Assembly (NCBI GenBank): GCA_021788625.1
Contig: JAJYKL010000011.1
Location: forward strand, 2,200 to 66,199
Source: Chloroflexota bacterium
GTDB taxonomy: Bacteria > Chloroflexota > Anaerolineae > J036 > Brachytrichaceae
Length of the DNA stretch: 64,000 nucleotides
Reading direction: 5' to 3'
The notes below the pieces were generated by a model. The model was not told the origin of the DNA, made no database searches, and saw only the letters and a list, made by a program, of their open reading frames with translations. The position numbers and the translations under genes were made by a program. The first letter of the stretch is position 1; each line of letters starts with the position of its first letter. Shown in pieces: positions 20,276-29,385 of the stretch.

Positions 20276-20644
20276 TTACACGCTAATGTCGCGTTTCATC
20301 TCCTCGAACTGCTCTTTAGTAATCTCGCCTTTTGCATATCGACGCTTCAGTATATCTAGAGGTGTCTCATTTACGGTTATACCTCGGCTGGACGTATCAG
20401 GTCCCTGGGCGAGAGAAGCAATTAACCAGACAATGCCGAGTACGATCAATACAGCGATCACGAAACTCATCAGACCGCCGCCAAATGGGAAGAATGCGAA
20501 GCTGCGCATTATGCCCGGTCCAATGAATCTATAGCCTGTCACGAAGTTGCGGCTGATGAAGTAGAAAGCTGCCACACCAGCCACTATAACGACGATCAAA
20601 ATCACGCCTATTGCTACTAAAACATTACGAGCTGTCTTGCTCAT
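20276..20644 (-). CDS. SHOCT-domain membrane protein
   Basis: Two or three TM helices followed by the C-terminal LDILKRRYAKGEITKEQFEEMKRDI (SHOCT-type motif). Confidence 0.7.
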   Translation of the reverse strand: MSKTARNVLVAIGVILIVVIVAGVAAFYFISRNFVTGYRFIGPGIMRSFAFFPFGGGLMSFVIAVLIVLGIVWLIASLAQGPDTSSRGITVNETPLDILKRRYAKGEITKEQFEEMKRDISV

Positions 20645-20821
20645 AGCATCTGCCCTCCCGGTACCACAATACCGTACACAAATTAACTGTTATGCATAAC
20701 TAATTATAAAAAGGCTGCTTAGTAGTTGGTTAGGTTAGCCTAAGTTATGAATTAGCGGGGTTATACGCTCGATAGGAGACAGTCATGCTCAAAAGTAGTA
20801 ACGCGCAACCGGTTCAAACTC

Positions 20822-21412
20822 TTACCTTAGCGAACCGTAGTATGTATCCATGCCGGCGCAATGCCTGCATAAAGTGAGTCCATCGCGTATGATTTCGCGC
20901 TCATTGATTATTTCCTCACCACACACGGAGCAGGTTGCGCGGATGCCTGGACGACTGGTGAGTGCCTTTGTCGAGATGATCAGCTCAACGGGTTGCACGA
21001 TAAGCAGTTCTTCGACAGGCAAGGTCTGATATGCATCAAGTTGCATCTGCCAGCGACTGTACGTACCGGCATGATGCCTCTCAGTAAACCAGGCTACAGC
21101 GTGGCTTCGAGCCAGCGGGTTCGGATAAATGCGCAGGGCACGCTCCGGTTGCGAGTGCGTATTGACAAATGTCACAGCCACTTTGCCGAAATCGAACAAC
21201 CGTAATGTGCGATGGCCAAGCGAGCACCCTGTGGCGACCATTATCCCGTCTGCGAAGCATCCATCCGTCTCCACGAATGCCAGCAGAGATTTATCTTTCT
21301 GTGGCAGAGGTAAATCGAATAACTGGGCTGCCAGCTCGCCCATGCGGATTCCAAGTATCTGCCGTGGGCAGATATGATTGTGCAATTGTAGCAACTCTTT
21401 TTCGTAGTGCAT
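20822..21412 (-). CDS. FmdE-family protein with a C-terminal zinc ribbon
   Basis: HNHICPRQILGIRMG and ETDGCFADGIMVATGCSLGHRTLRLFDFGK motifs. C-terminal CSVCGEE...LCRHCAG. The track ORF starts with GTG at 21457. ATG at 21412 (MHYEKELL...) is my preferred start but remains uncertain. Confidence 0.65.
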   Translation of the reverse strand: MHYEKELLQLHNHICPRQILGIRMGELAAQLFDLPLPQKDKSLLAFVETDGCFADGIMVATGCSLGHRTLRLFDFGKVAVTFVNTHSQPERALRIYPNPLARSHAVAWFTERHHAGTYSRWQMQLDAYQTLPVEELLIVQPVELIISTKALTSRPGIRATCSVCGEEIINEREIIRDGLTLCRHCAGMDTYYGSLR

Positions 21413-21548
21413 TCCCACGACTCCAGCACGTATAATAACCGCCTCATCGCGACCCACTTGATGTATTCATATAAAATCTTGAAATCATAGGTCGTTAAAA
21501 CGGCAATCCCAAACGGGAGAAGATACTTGATGTGAAGGTCAAACCGCT

Positions 21549-22430
21549 ATGATATCCCGCCACAATGTTCAGCGTGTCGCCGTGCACCGGGTGCGCCGAA
21601 ATTCTACTGAGCATTCCTCAGATACCGTGGCCAACTCTGATGTTTTCGACATGGTTGCTGTCGAAGAGCCGCTCGAAATCAGACTCGCTTACAACACCGA
21701 TGACGGACAACATAGAGAACAAAGCGTGTCCGTCACGATGCGAACTCCAGGTAACGATTTCGAGCTTGCTGCTGGTTTCCTGGTTGGCGAAGGGATCTTG
21801 CATAGTTCGGACGACATCGTGCAGATGCGTTACTGCGTTGATCGTGAGAAGCAAGCCCAGGACTACAACGTGCTCAGTGTGCACCTGCGCCCCGAAGTAC
21901 GCTTCGACCCCAGCAGACTGTTGAGAAATTTCTACACCACGTCATCCTGTGGAGTATGTGGAAAGGCATCTCTGGATGCGCTGGAGATTCAAGCTTGCCC
22001 GGTTTTACCCGCGGGACTGCCCCGTATCAACGCAGAGGCATTACGAGAGATTGATGGCCAGTTACGCGAGCAGCAGTCTGTATTTCAGAAGACAGGCGGC
22101 TTGCATGCAGCCGCGTTGTTCGACACCACTGGAAACCTGAAAAGTGTACATGAAGATGTGGGCCGGCACAATGCCGTTGATAAGGTGATCGGCGAACGGT
22201 TCCTGGAGGAAAGCCTGCCTCTAAACCAGATGGCATTGCTGGTCAGCGGCCGAACCAGTTTTGAGATCATGCAGAAAGCGCTGATGGCGGGTATCCCCAT
22301 CGTGGCTGCAGTCGGTGCGCCGTCCAGTCTATCCATCGATCTGGCGCATCGGTTTGGTATGACCTTGTTAGGTTTCGTTCGCGGAGGCAACTTTAATATC
22401 TATGCTGGCGCAGAACGGATCGCTGTCTAG
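21549..22430 (+). CDS. fdhD: FdhD, formate dehydrogenase accessory sulfurtransferase
   Basis: SSCGVCGKASLD, GGLHAAALF and EDVGRHNAVDKVIG motifs. Confidence 0.9.
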   Translation: MISRHNVQRVAVHRVRRNSTEHSSDTVANSDVFDMVAVEEPLEIRLAYNTDDGQHREQSVSVTMRTPGNDFELAAGFLVGEGILHSSDDIVQMRYCVDREKQAQDYNVLSVHLRPEVRFDPSRLLRNFYTTSSCGVCGKASLDALEIQACPVLPAGLPRINAEALREIDGQLREQQSVFQKTGGLHAAALFDTTGNLKSVHEDVGRHNAVDKVIGERFLEESLPLNQMALLVSGRTSFEIMQKALMAGIPIVAAVGAPSSLSIDLAHRFGMTLLGFVRGGNFNIYAGAERIAV

Positions 22431-22435
22431 ATCAC

Positions 22436-23116
22436 TCATAGATCCAGCCTGGACAGATTAGCGTACTCTTCGGGGGTATTGATGTTCTTCAAGCTGAGGA
22501 AGTGTGGATCGTAGATTTCTACCTCAGCCGCTGTAACGGGTCGCACGTGTAGTGTCGCCAAAAGAGCCCCCAATCTCAGTTCCTGTCGTTCGAATGCAGC
22601 CTGCATGGGTGCCATACACGATTTGCTGTAAACAGCATGCAATGGATGGAAACCACCATCCTTTGCCCTGCCGGAGGCTAGAGGAGCCTCTTCTGATCGA
22701 TTCGCCATGGCATCATTCTTTGTCATGACTTGCGGCACCACGGCATCGTAACTGCCTGCTTGATCAATCATCCAACTCAATAATGCTACATTCAAGTAGG
22801 GCATGTCGCATGCAACCACAATGGAATGTGAGTGCTTGGCTGCCTGAAGACCAGCGTATATACCGCTTAAAGGCCCCGCATGTGGAAATGGATCATTGAC
22901 ACATCGAGTGGGTGGCGCAGACCGTAGTACCTCCGCATAACAGCCCCGCTCACCGGCGGCGACAATCAAATCGCCCGAGAGAAATGCAAGTCGCTTTAAC
23001 ACCACAACCAGGAGCGGTTGATCCCCGATCCGGAGCAGTGCTTTATCGCGGCCCATGCGCCGGCTCTGCCCACCCGCCAGTACCACAGCACTGACAGGAT
23101 TTGCTGACTGGGTCAT
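22436..23116 (-). CDS. mobA: Molybdenum cofactor guanylyltransferase MobA
   Basis: VSAVVLAGGQSRRMGRDKALL motif. The ATG at 23116 overlaps the stop of the upstream gene (ATGA). The longer track ORF, reaching 23494, would overlap that gene by 380 nt. Confidence 0.8.
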   Translation of the reverse strand: MTQSANPVSAVVLAGGQSRRMGRDKALLRIGDQPLLVVVLKRLAFLSGDLIVAAGERGCYAEVLRSAPPTRCVNDPFPHAGPLSGIYAGLQAAKHSHSIVVACDMPYLNVALLSWMIDQAGSYDAVVPQVMTKNDAMANRSEEAPLASGRAKDGGFHPLHAVYSKSCMAPMQAAFERQELRLGALLATLHVRPVTAAEVEIYDPHFLSLKNINTPEEYANLSRLDL

Positions 23117-24471
23117 CGTAGCGAGCCGATTAGCCCCATCCATGATGCTATGCTTGGTCCATACCCGAGCAGGTTGAGTGTCATAGGTACGAGCAAGATG
23201 CCTAAACAATTCATGCGTCGCCCTCCGATCAGGATTGGTATGAGCCCGACGCTGGTGGCTACAGCCATCACAGCGAGCCCGGCCAATCCCGTGAAACCTA
23301 ATGTGATGCTGGCCGCGACTCCCAATGAGCATAGGGCGATGATCCTGACCGGCACGCGTTCGCTCAGAGCCGACGCAATCCGTGCAAACAGTATCAGCAG
23401 CCCGAACGCAAGGACGCCACCAAACGCCATGGCCGCAATAGCCAGCCAGTACGTGTGATACCCGTCTGGCATATAGACTGAGCTGAGCATCCATGCCATC
23501 CCACCGCGAACCAGACCGAGACCTGGCACAAAGAGCAAGAGTAGACTACCCGCGTAGTAGGTAACCTTTGAGGCACCTTGTGAGATGAGGAACAAGCGGT
23601 CATCGCGTTGAGCCGTGGCGGCACCGGAAAGCATGGCGCCGATTCCACCACTTATTACGGGCAGGAAGGCAGCAAAGGCTCCGCCCGCCAAACCACTTAA
23701 CGTACCCTGCAGGAGGGAGCGCGCCGATGGATGGAAGGCTGTCTGATTCTGCCGAGGCGGCTGCACGCCATACAGTACGACCTGTATCAAGCTCGGCACG
23801 GCAAAAAGGCCTACGAATGCTGGTAAAAGATTTTGGTAAGCTGCTGACACAGCGATGGGGCTGGAGTAGCTCAGTACAAAACCGAGCAGTCCGCTCAGAG
23901 TGAAGGTGGCTAGACCAGCGCCGAGGTAACCCCAGGCGCCCAGTAATCTGGAGTGCGGGGCAGTAGATCGGTCATCGTTTCGTGGCCATTCACTCAGGAG
24001 TAAAAAAGCCACAATGGCAGCCAGCATCCAACCATAATGCGGTTGGATGATTTGATGGAGTGGTCGCAACAGATCACTCAGAGCAGGTGCAAGCACTGCC
24101 AGGCAGATGAGCGCACCGAGGCTTCCGCCGCCAACCAGTAAAGCTGCCTCAAAACCTTGTCCGCGTAAAAGGAGTCGGGTCGCTGGCAGAACGGTGAAGG
24201 CGTTGGCATCGTCTGGAGCGTAAAGAAAAATACTGGGGATCGTGTTGGAAATAACCCACCCGACTAAAAGTCCTATCCAGAGCATGGCCAGAGGCATACC
24301 ATGGAGTGAGGTATTGATCGAAGCAACCAACACCCCTCCGGCTACGTTGTAGACATGCAACCCAGGCAACTGTGCAATGCAGGAACCTGCAACGGTCCCG
24401 AGCAGAGCAATGCTGATGAGTGTAAAGTCATCCATAACCAGAGGCACAACAGGATGGAGTGTCAGACGCAC
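23113..24471 (-). CDS. Integral membrane protein, TctA/DUF112-like permease (large subunit family of tripartite tricarboxylate transporters)
   Basis: More than 10 hydrophobic helices. Motif LLGTVAGSCIAQLPGLHVYNVAGGVLV and a second-half echo GTLSGLAGGAFAAFLPVISGGIGAMLS resemble the duplicated G-x3-G-x3-LPG-x-G of TctA. The start is either GTG at 24471 or ATG at 24435. Confidence 0.5.
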   Translation of the reverse strand: MRLTLHPVVPLVMDDFTLISIALLGTVAGSCIAQLPGLHVYNVAGGVLVASINTSLHGMPLAMLWIGLLVGWVISNTIPSIFLYAPDDANAFTVLPATRLLLRGQGFEAALLVGGGSLGALICLAVLAPALSDLLRPLHQIIQPHYGWMLAAIVAFLLLSEWPRNDDRSTAPHSRLLGAWGYLGAGLATFTLSGLLGFVLSYSSPIAVSAAYQNLLPAFVGLFAVPSLIQVVLYGVQPPRQNQTAFHPSARSLLQGTLSGLAGGAFAAFLPVISGGIGAMLSGAATAQRDDRLFLISQGASKVTYYAGSLLLLFVPGLGLVRGGMAWMLSSVYMPDGYHTYWLAIAAMAFGGVLAFGLLILFARIASALSERVPVRIIALCSLGVAASITLGFTGLAGLAVMAVATSVGLIPILIGGRRMNCLGILLVPMTLNLLGYGPSIASWMGLIGSLR

Positions 24472-24812
24472 TCAACACCTGGGACCGAAAGGATTCTCCA
24501 TTCCATGCGCTGGTGCAATGGTGAAGTAAGTTAGGCAGAGGCGGAAGTGGCATGGTGGGCGGTTGATAAGCTTTTAGTCCGCTCAACCGTGTGGATCGCC
24601 TGGTGTGTGTTGTATATCCCCCTTGCGAGCAGAGACGCTGGCGAAAACCAGAATGATGAAAACCAACAGAAATGCAAACACCAGACCTGCCAGGTGCCAT
24701 TTCGGAATGGCGCTGAAAACACGGAAATACGGAAATCCATGTTCCATGAATGTTTTGCATTTCAAACGCTCACAATGGATAATAGCATTTGTGCAGGCAA
24801 GGGAGCCCTGAC

Positions 24813-26009
24813 ATGGTTTTTAACCGCGATATATTCCTGATGATCGTTGGCGGCTTGTGTGCATTGATTGGAGCCGTCATCGCAGGCATCTTGCGAAGCT
24901 GGATCACGTCCGTGCTACAAAACAGGCGCGATGCGGTTGAAACGCGCAAGCAGAGCATCAACGCCGTATGGGAATGGGCTGCCAAAGGACGCCAGGAGCG
25001 TTTCCGACAATTGAATCTGGCGGGGGTGGACTTTAATGGCGTCGACCTTGGATCTGTTATCAACGGCAAGAAGGGCGCAGACCTGGGACTCAGTAACCTT
25101 AAGCAAGCCAGCTTCGAGTCCGCGGATCTGGTAAGTGCTGACCTGGCCCTGGCCATACTGGTCAAAACGAACTTCTCCCGAGCCAATCTGATGGGCGCTA
25201 ACCTCGCTCAAGCAAACCTCGAAGATGCCAACCTGTATAGAGCCAACCTGTCTCGCGCGGACCTCTCCGGAGCAATTCTTTTCAACGCAAATTTAGTCGA
25301 AGCGAATCTCGACGAGGCTGTACTAACCGATGCTCACCTGAATAAGAGCGTTTTAGTTGGCACCAGCATGGTCAAAGCTGACTTGACCGGGACAGACCTG
25401 ACCGCAGCCAACTTCGCCGGCGCTGATCTGGCAGGGGCAACAATGGTGCGGGCGATCTTATCTGGTGCCATATTGACCAGTGCCCGTCTGGTCGAGGCCG
25501 TGGTCATGAGAGCTGAGTTGGCAGGAGCTCAGTTGGTCAACTCTGATCTGTCCGGTGCCAGTTTGGTCAAAGCTCACATGGTACGAGCTGATTTAACCGG
25601 AGCGACTCTGATAGGAGCGGACCTCACCAAAGCGGACCTGACGGAGGCGGACATTGCAGGCGCGAAAGCGGCCAGGGTGCATTTTGCTGGTGCCACCCTG
25701 GTGCGTACTGATCTGACAGGAAGTGATTTGACAGAAGCGGATCTGGTGGATGCCGATCTGGCCGGTGCCACATTAGTACGTGTGAACCTGGGTGGGGCTA
25801 ACCTAAGTCGAGCTGACCTGGTTAGCGCTGACCTGAGCGGTGCGAATTTGACAGGGACGATTCTGACAGAAGTAATGTATAACGAGCGAACGCAGTGGCC
25901 GGCGGGATTCCGGCTACCCCCTGAAATGGTCAGGGTCGACGGCGCTCGGACAGCCCTACTGGAAAGGCCCGGTAAGCCCTTCCTTTCAGACGGAATGAAA
26001 GCGGCATGA
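24813..26009 (+). CDS. Membrane-anchored pentapeptide-repeat protein
   Basis: N-terminal TM helix IFLMIVGGLCALIGAVIAGIL, then about 50 consecutive A(D/N)LXX pentapeptides. The ATG at 24813 is preceded by AGGGAG. The track start at 24789 is TTG. Confidence 0.85.
   Translation: MVFNRDIFLMIVGGLCALIGAVIAGILRSWITSVLQNRRDAVETRKQSINAVWEWAAKGRQERFRQLNLAGVDFNGVDLGSVINGKKGADLGLSNLKQASFESADLVSADLALAILVKTNFSRANLMGANLAQANLEDANLYRANLSRADLSGAILFNANLVEANLDEAVLTDAHLNKSVLVGTSMVKADLTGTDLTAANFAGADLAGATMVRAILSGAILTSARLVEAVVMRAELAGAQLVNSDLSGASLVKAHMVRADLTGATLIGADLTKADLTEADIAGAKAARVHFAGATLVRTDLTGSDLTEADLVDADLAGATLVRVNLGGANLSRADLVSADLSGANLTGTILTEVMYNERTQWPAGFRLPPEMVRVDGARTALLERPGKPFLSDGMKAA
25077..25880 (+). repeat. 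Coding 15-nt periodic repeat (pentapeptide repeats)
   Basis: ANLMGANLAQANLEDANLYRANLSRADLSGAILFNANLVEANL... continues to ...ADLSGANLTGTILTEV. Confidence 0.85.
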
Positions 26010-26032
26010 GCCCTTGCTTCTCGATGAAATCA

Positions 26033-26066
26033 GAAGCCGTCCTGCATCGTAATACAGGACGGCTTC
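26033..26066. terminator. Perfect 12-bp hairpin between convergent genes (likely the rpmE terminator, possibly bidirectional)
   Basis: gaagccgtcctg - catcgtaata - caggacggcttc. It lies 24 nt after the pentapeptide gene stop and 28 nt after the rpmE stop. On the minus strand the flank is TGATTTCAT, only weakly U-rich. Confidence 0.5.
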
Positions 26067-26093
26067 CGTGAAATAAGCCGGAGGTGAGTCCGC

Positions 26094-26426
26094 TTATTCC
26101 GCACTAGCGGTAGTCTCGCCAGTTGCGTCACCTTCCTGTTCCTGCTCGTCGACCAATTCAGCAATGGCCCGGCGAGCTCGGCGACGACGTTGCTTCTCAG
26201 CTTTATCCAGGCTGGTGCTGCTCTTGCTGCGCTCCAGCCGCTTCTGGAAACGATCTACCTGACCTTCAGTGTCGATGATACGCTGTTGGCCCGTGAAGAA
26301 TGGATGTGTGCCAGACCAGACATCCACATGCAATTCGGGGCGTGTGGAACCCACCGTGCCGACCAGCTCACCACCGACATATACTTTCGCGTCGGGGTAA
26401 TACTTGGGATGGATATCCTTCTTCAT
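26094..26426 (-). CDS. rpmE: 50S ribosomal protein L31, Cys-less (type B-like), with a C-terminal extension
   Basis: [16 protein letters not shown]...[32 protein letters not shown]. The start overlaps the rpmA stop (ATGA). Confidence 0.85.
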   Translation of the reverse strand: MKKDIHPKYYPDAKVYVGGELVGTVGSTRPELHVDVWSGTHPFFTGQQRIIDTEGQVDRFQKRLERSKSSTSLDKAEKQRRRRARRAIAELVDEQEQEGDATGETTASAE

Positions 26427-26746
26427 GCTATTGTCTCCGCACTTTCCGGTGCCGCAGGTGTAACGGGCTCAGCCTGTTCTTCAGCAACCTTTGAATCCAC
26501 CGCGATACTGACTCGCTTTCGACCACTGGGAAGTGTCTCGAACAGAACGACGCCATCGGCTGTCGCGAACAGAGTATGGTCCGAGCCTACTCCGATATTG
26601 GCACCTGGCTTGACACGTGTACCATGCTGGCGGACGATGATATTGCCAGATCTAACCACCTGTCCACCGAAACGTTTCACACCCAGGCGCTGCGACTGGC
26701 TGTCGCGTCCGTTAGTTGTCGAGCTTCCACCTTTCTTATGCGCCAT
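26423..26746 (-). CDS. rpmA: 50S ribosomal protein L27
   Basis: [31 protein letters not shown]...[26 protein letters not shown]. Confidence 0.95.
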   Translation of the reverse strand: MAHKKGGSSTTNGRDSQSQRLGVKRFGGQVVRSGNIIVRQHGTRVKPGANIGVGSDHTLFATADGVVLFETLPSGRKRVSIAVDSKVAEEQAEPVTPAAPESAETIA

Positions 26747-26758
26747 CTTGTCCTCTCC

Positions 26759-27322
26759 TTAATTGTCGCCTGGGGTGTCATTGGTCTTTACTGTGGGATC
26801 CGATGGAGCCGGTAACTCCGCAGCCGACGCATCTGCTGCTGGAGCAGATGTAGCTAAATTGTCCGCGTTTGGCGTGGTTCCTACCGAAACCTCGTCAGTT
26901 GAAGTGGCTTTCACAGAATCCACTTCTGCCACTGATGCTGCTGCGGGTTCTACTATGGGCTGTGCCACTTCAGTTGGCTGAGTCAGACTCGCTGCTTCCA
27001 CCTGTGGTACATCGGCACTCTTCTCAGGTGGCACCTGTAACAGGGTATAGGTTTGACGGTGACCAGTCTTGCGGCGATAACGCTTCTTGGGTGTGTATTT
27101 AAAGGCGATCAGTTTCTCGCCTTTGACCTCTCCCATGACTTTCACGGTCAGGGTTTTACCCTCCACATGGGGGGTACCCACTGTCACCCCGGACTCGTCG
27201 GATAGAAGCAGTACGGGTAATTCTATTGAACTGCCAGCGGGATGAGCCAGCTTTTCCACCAGGAATTTCTCACCTGGAGACACGCGATACTGGCGTGAAC
27301 CCACCTCAACAATTGCATACAT
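26759..27322 (-). CDS. rplU: 50S ribosomal protein L21 with a long acidic/Ala/Pro-rich C-terminal extension
   Basis: MYAIVEVGSRQYRVSPGEKFLVEKL...KLIAFKYTPKKRYRRKTGHRQTYT. I prefer the ATG at 27322 (AGAGG upstream). The track starts three codons earlier at GTG 27331. Confidence 0.9.
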   Translation of the reverse strand: MYAIVEVGSRQYRVSPGEKFLVEKLAHPAGSSIELPVLLLSDESGVTVGTPHVEGKTLTVKVMGEVKGEKLIAFKYTPKKRYRRKTGHRQTYTLLQVPPEKSADVPQVEAASLTQPTEVAQPIVEPAAASVAEVDSVKATSTDEVSVGTTPNADNLATSAPAADASAAELPAPSDPTVKTNDTPGDN

Positions 27323-27532
27323 CTCTTGCACCTCTTGGACACACCGATCGGCTGTGTTGCGCCTCCTCGGGAAAGCGAACAGAGCAACACCCTACGGGTG
27401 AGTGACCTGTGTCAATATCGATCTGCAACGATAAACTCCTTTGAGCGGGCGCATGGACGCTAGCCCCCAAAAGAGCGTAGAAATTATACGCCATCAGGCT
27501 TGGGTGTCAAACAGAATTAAAATGCTTCCCGT

Positions 27533-28765
27533 ATGGGCTCAGAAATGACCGACGCCTCACGGTCGCAGGCTTTGCCGGTGGTGGTCCTTAAGTCGGGACG
27601 CGATAAATCCGTACGCGCCCGGCATCCTCGTCTGTTTGCTGGGGCGATCAAGCAGATCGACGGTCGGCCTAAAGATGGCAGCATAGTGGATGTGTGCACC
27701 AATTCGGGTGAATGGCTGGCGCGTGGCGTGATCAATCAGCAGGCACAGACTGCAGTTCGATTACTGACCTGGGAGCAAAATGAGGTGGTTGATGAGAGCT
27801 TCTGGAAGCATCGAGTGCAGCAAGCCATCCAACGCAGGCAGCATGATCCGCTCCTGAAAAATACCGATGCACAGCGCCTGATCTTCAGTGAGAGCGATGG
27901 CCTGCCGGGAGTGATTGCTGATAACTACGCTGGACATATCGTTATGCAGCTGTCTACACTGGCGGCACTTAATGCGCGTGCTGCCCTTCAGGATGCTCTG
28001 ATTGAGGTCGTGTCGCCACGTAGCATCGAAGAACATGCTGACGAAGAGCGTATGCGCTTTGAACATGTTCACGCCTCCGCCCCTATCAGTGCTCTCCATG
28101 GCGTGGCACCCGCGGAGAACGTGGAGATCGTCGAAAACGGTTTACGTTTCGCGGTGGATCTAGCGAAAGGTCAGAAAACCGGTTTTTATCTGGATCAACG
28201 AGAGAACCGGGCACGCCTGGCACGCTATTGCGCCGGTATAACGGTACTGAACGAATTTGCCTATACCGCTTCCTTTGGCGTGGTGGCGGCGACCGCCGGT
28301 GCTACGCGTGTTGTCAACGTGGACTCCTCAGCCGAGGCTTTGCGAGTGGGCGAGCTGAACGCACGCTTACTGGGGCCAACGGAAACTGAATTACAGTTTG
28401 TCGCTTCGGATGCCTTTGTGGACCTGCGTACGCGACGTGCAGCCGGAGAGCAATATGACCTGGTCATCCTGGACCCACCTAAATTTGCCCACAGTCCCGA
28501 ACAGGTGGAACGTGCTGCTCGCGCGTACAAAGATCTGAATCGCATTGGGCTGTTGCTGGTACGCCCTGGCGGGCTGCTTGCAACGTTTTCATGCTCTGGG
28601 GTCGTCGACGCAGCCCTATTTCAAAAGGTGATTTTCAGCGCTGCTGTAGAGGCGCGCCGCGACGTTCAGATCGTAGAACGCTTTACCCAAGCCAGTGATC
28701 ACCCGGTGTTGGTAACTTTCCCCGAGGCTGAATACCTGAAAGGTCTTTTATGCAGAATCCTGTGA
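27533..28765 (+). CDS. rlmI: Class I SAM-dependent 23S rRNA m5C methyltransferase, RlmI-like (PUA plus methyltransferase domains)
   Basis: PUA-like N-terminus VVLKSGRDKSVRARHPRLFAGAI. GFYLDQRENR and VILDPPKFA motifs. Confidence 0.8.
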   Translation: MGSEMTDASRSQALPVVVLKSGRDKSVRARHPRLFAGAIKQIDGRPKDGSIVDVCTNSGEWLARGVINQQAQTAVRLLTWEQNEVVDESFWKHRVQQAIQRRQHDPLLKNTDAQRLIFSESDGLPGVIADNYAGHIVMQLSTLAALNARAALQDALIEVVSPRSIEEHADEERMRFEHVHASAPISALHGVAPAENVEIVENGLRFAVDLAKGQKTGFYLDQRENRARLARYCAGITVLNEFAYTASFGVVAATAGATRVVNVDSSAEALRVGELNARLLGPTETELQFVASDAFVDLRTRRAAGEQYDLVILDPPKFAHSPEQVERAARAYKDLNRIGLLLVRPGGLLATFSCSGVVDAALFQKVIFSAAVEARRDVQIVERFTQASDHPVLVTFPEAEYLKGLLCRIL

Positions 28766-29232
28766 AAAATGGCACCGAGCCCGCAGGAGTAAATCCGAGT
28801 AAGCATGATGCCTCCCAAGCCACTGACGATAAGTCAGACAACCTGGCCACCCAGCCTTATATACGTGCCAGGTCTTTGACACTCTCCTTTCATTATGCCT
28901 TCCAGGGAGTGTGGTATGCCTTGCGCACTCAGCGCAACTTCAGGGTGCATGCCATCATCATGCTGGTTGTGGTTATTGCGGGTTTGCTACTGGGTATCTC
29001 GCTGGACCAGTGGGCCGTGGTGGCCATCGTGGTGGGATTGGTATTCCAGACTGAATTGATTAACACGGCGGTGGAAGCGATCGTTGACCGCGTCTCGCCC
29101 GAGTATCACCTGCTGGCGAAGATCGCAAAAGATAGCAGTGCGGCCGCTGTATTGGTGGCAGCCATCAGCGCTGTCGTCGCAGGTCTTCTCATCTTTGGCC
29201 CAAAGATTCTGATGCTCCTGAAGCTGAGGTAG
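28750..29232 (+). CDS. dgkA: Diacylglycerol kinase / undecaprenol kinase family
   Basis: FHYAFQGVWYALRTQRNFRVH, TELINTAVEAIVDR and AKDSSAAAVLVAAI motifs, with 3 TM helices. Overlaps the rlmI end by 16 nt. Confidence 0.8.
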   Translation: MQNPVKNGTEPAGVNPSKHDASQATDDKSDNLATQPYIRARSLTLSFHYAFQGVWYALRTQRNFRVHAIIMLVVVIAGLLLGISLDQWAVVAIVVGLVFQTELINTAVEAIVDRVSPEYHLLAKIAKDSSAAAVLVAAISAVVAGLLIFGPKILMLLKLR

Positions 29233-29385
29233 GTAGTCCAAAGCCATAGGCAGAACTTCGCAAGCTTTCGGTCAGTCGCCCTGAGTGGCTCTGTAAACGT
29301 AGGTCTCGAGTGTGTTGTTTGATGGCTGCCTCGTTGCCTTCCGATATCCGATCGGCTTTGCATCGCCCAATGCACGGATTGGAGC

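Noticed and set aside
23117-23494. A long N-terminal extension of the mobA ORF. The track ORF 22436..23494 is 352 aa.
   Set aside because: The extension overlaps the 3' end of the TctA-like gene in another frame and is Arg/Cys/His-rich with no motif. The MobA homology starts right after the ATG at 23116, which forms an ATGA stop/start overlap.
24583-24765. A 60-aa minus-strand ORF with one hydrophobic helix (WHLAGLVFAFLLVFIILVFASV) in the long divergent intergenic region.
   Set aside because: It has no Shine-Dalgarno that I can see, it overlaps three other equally long ORFs in other frames, and I cannot assess conservation. This is too weak to call as a gene.
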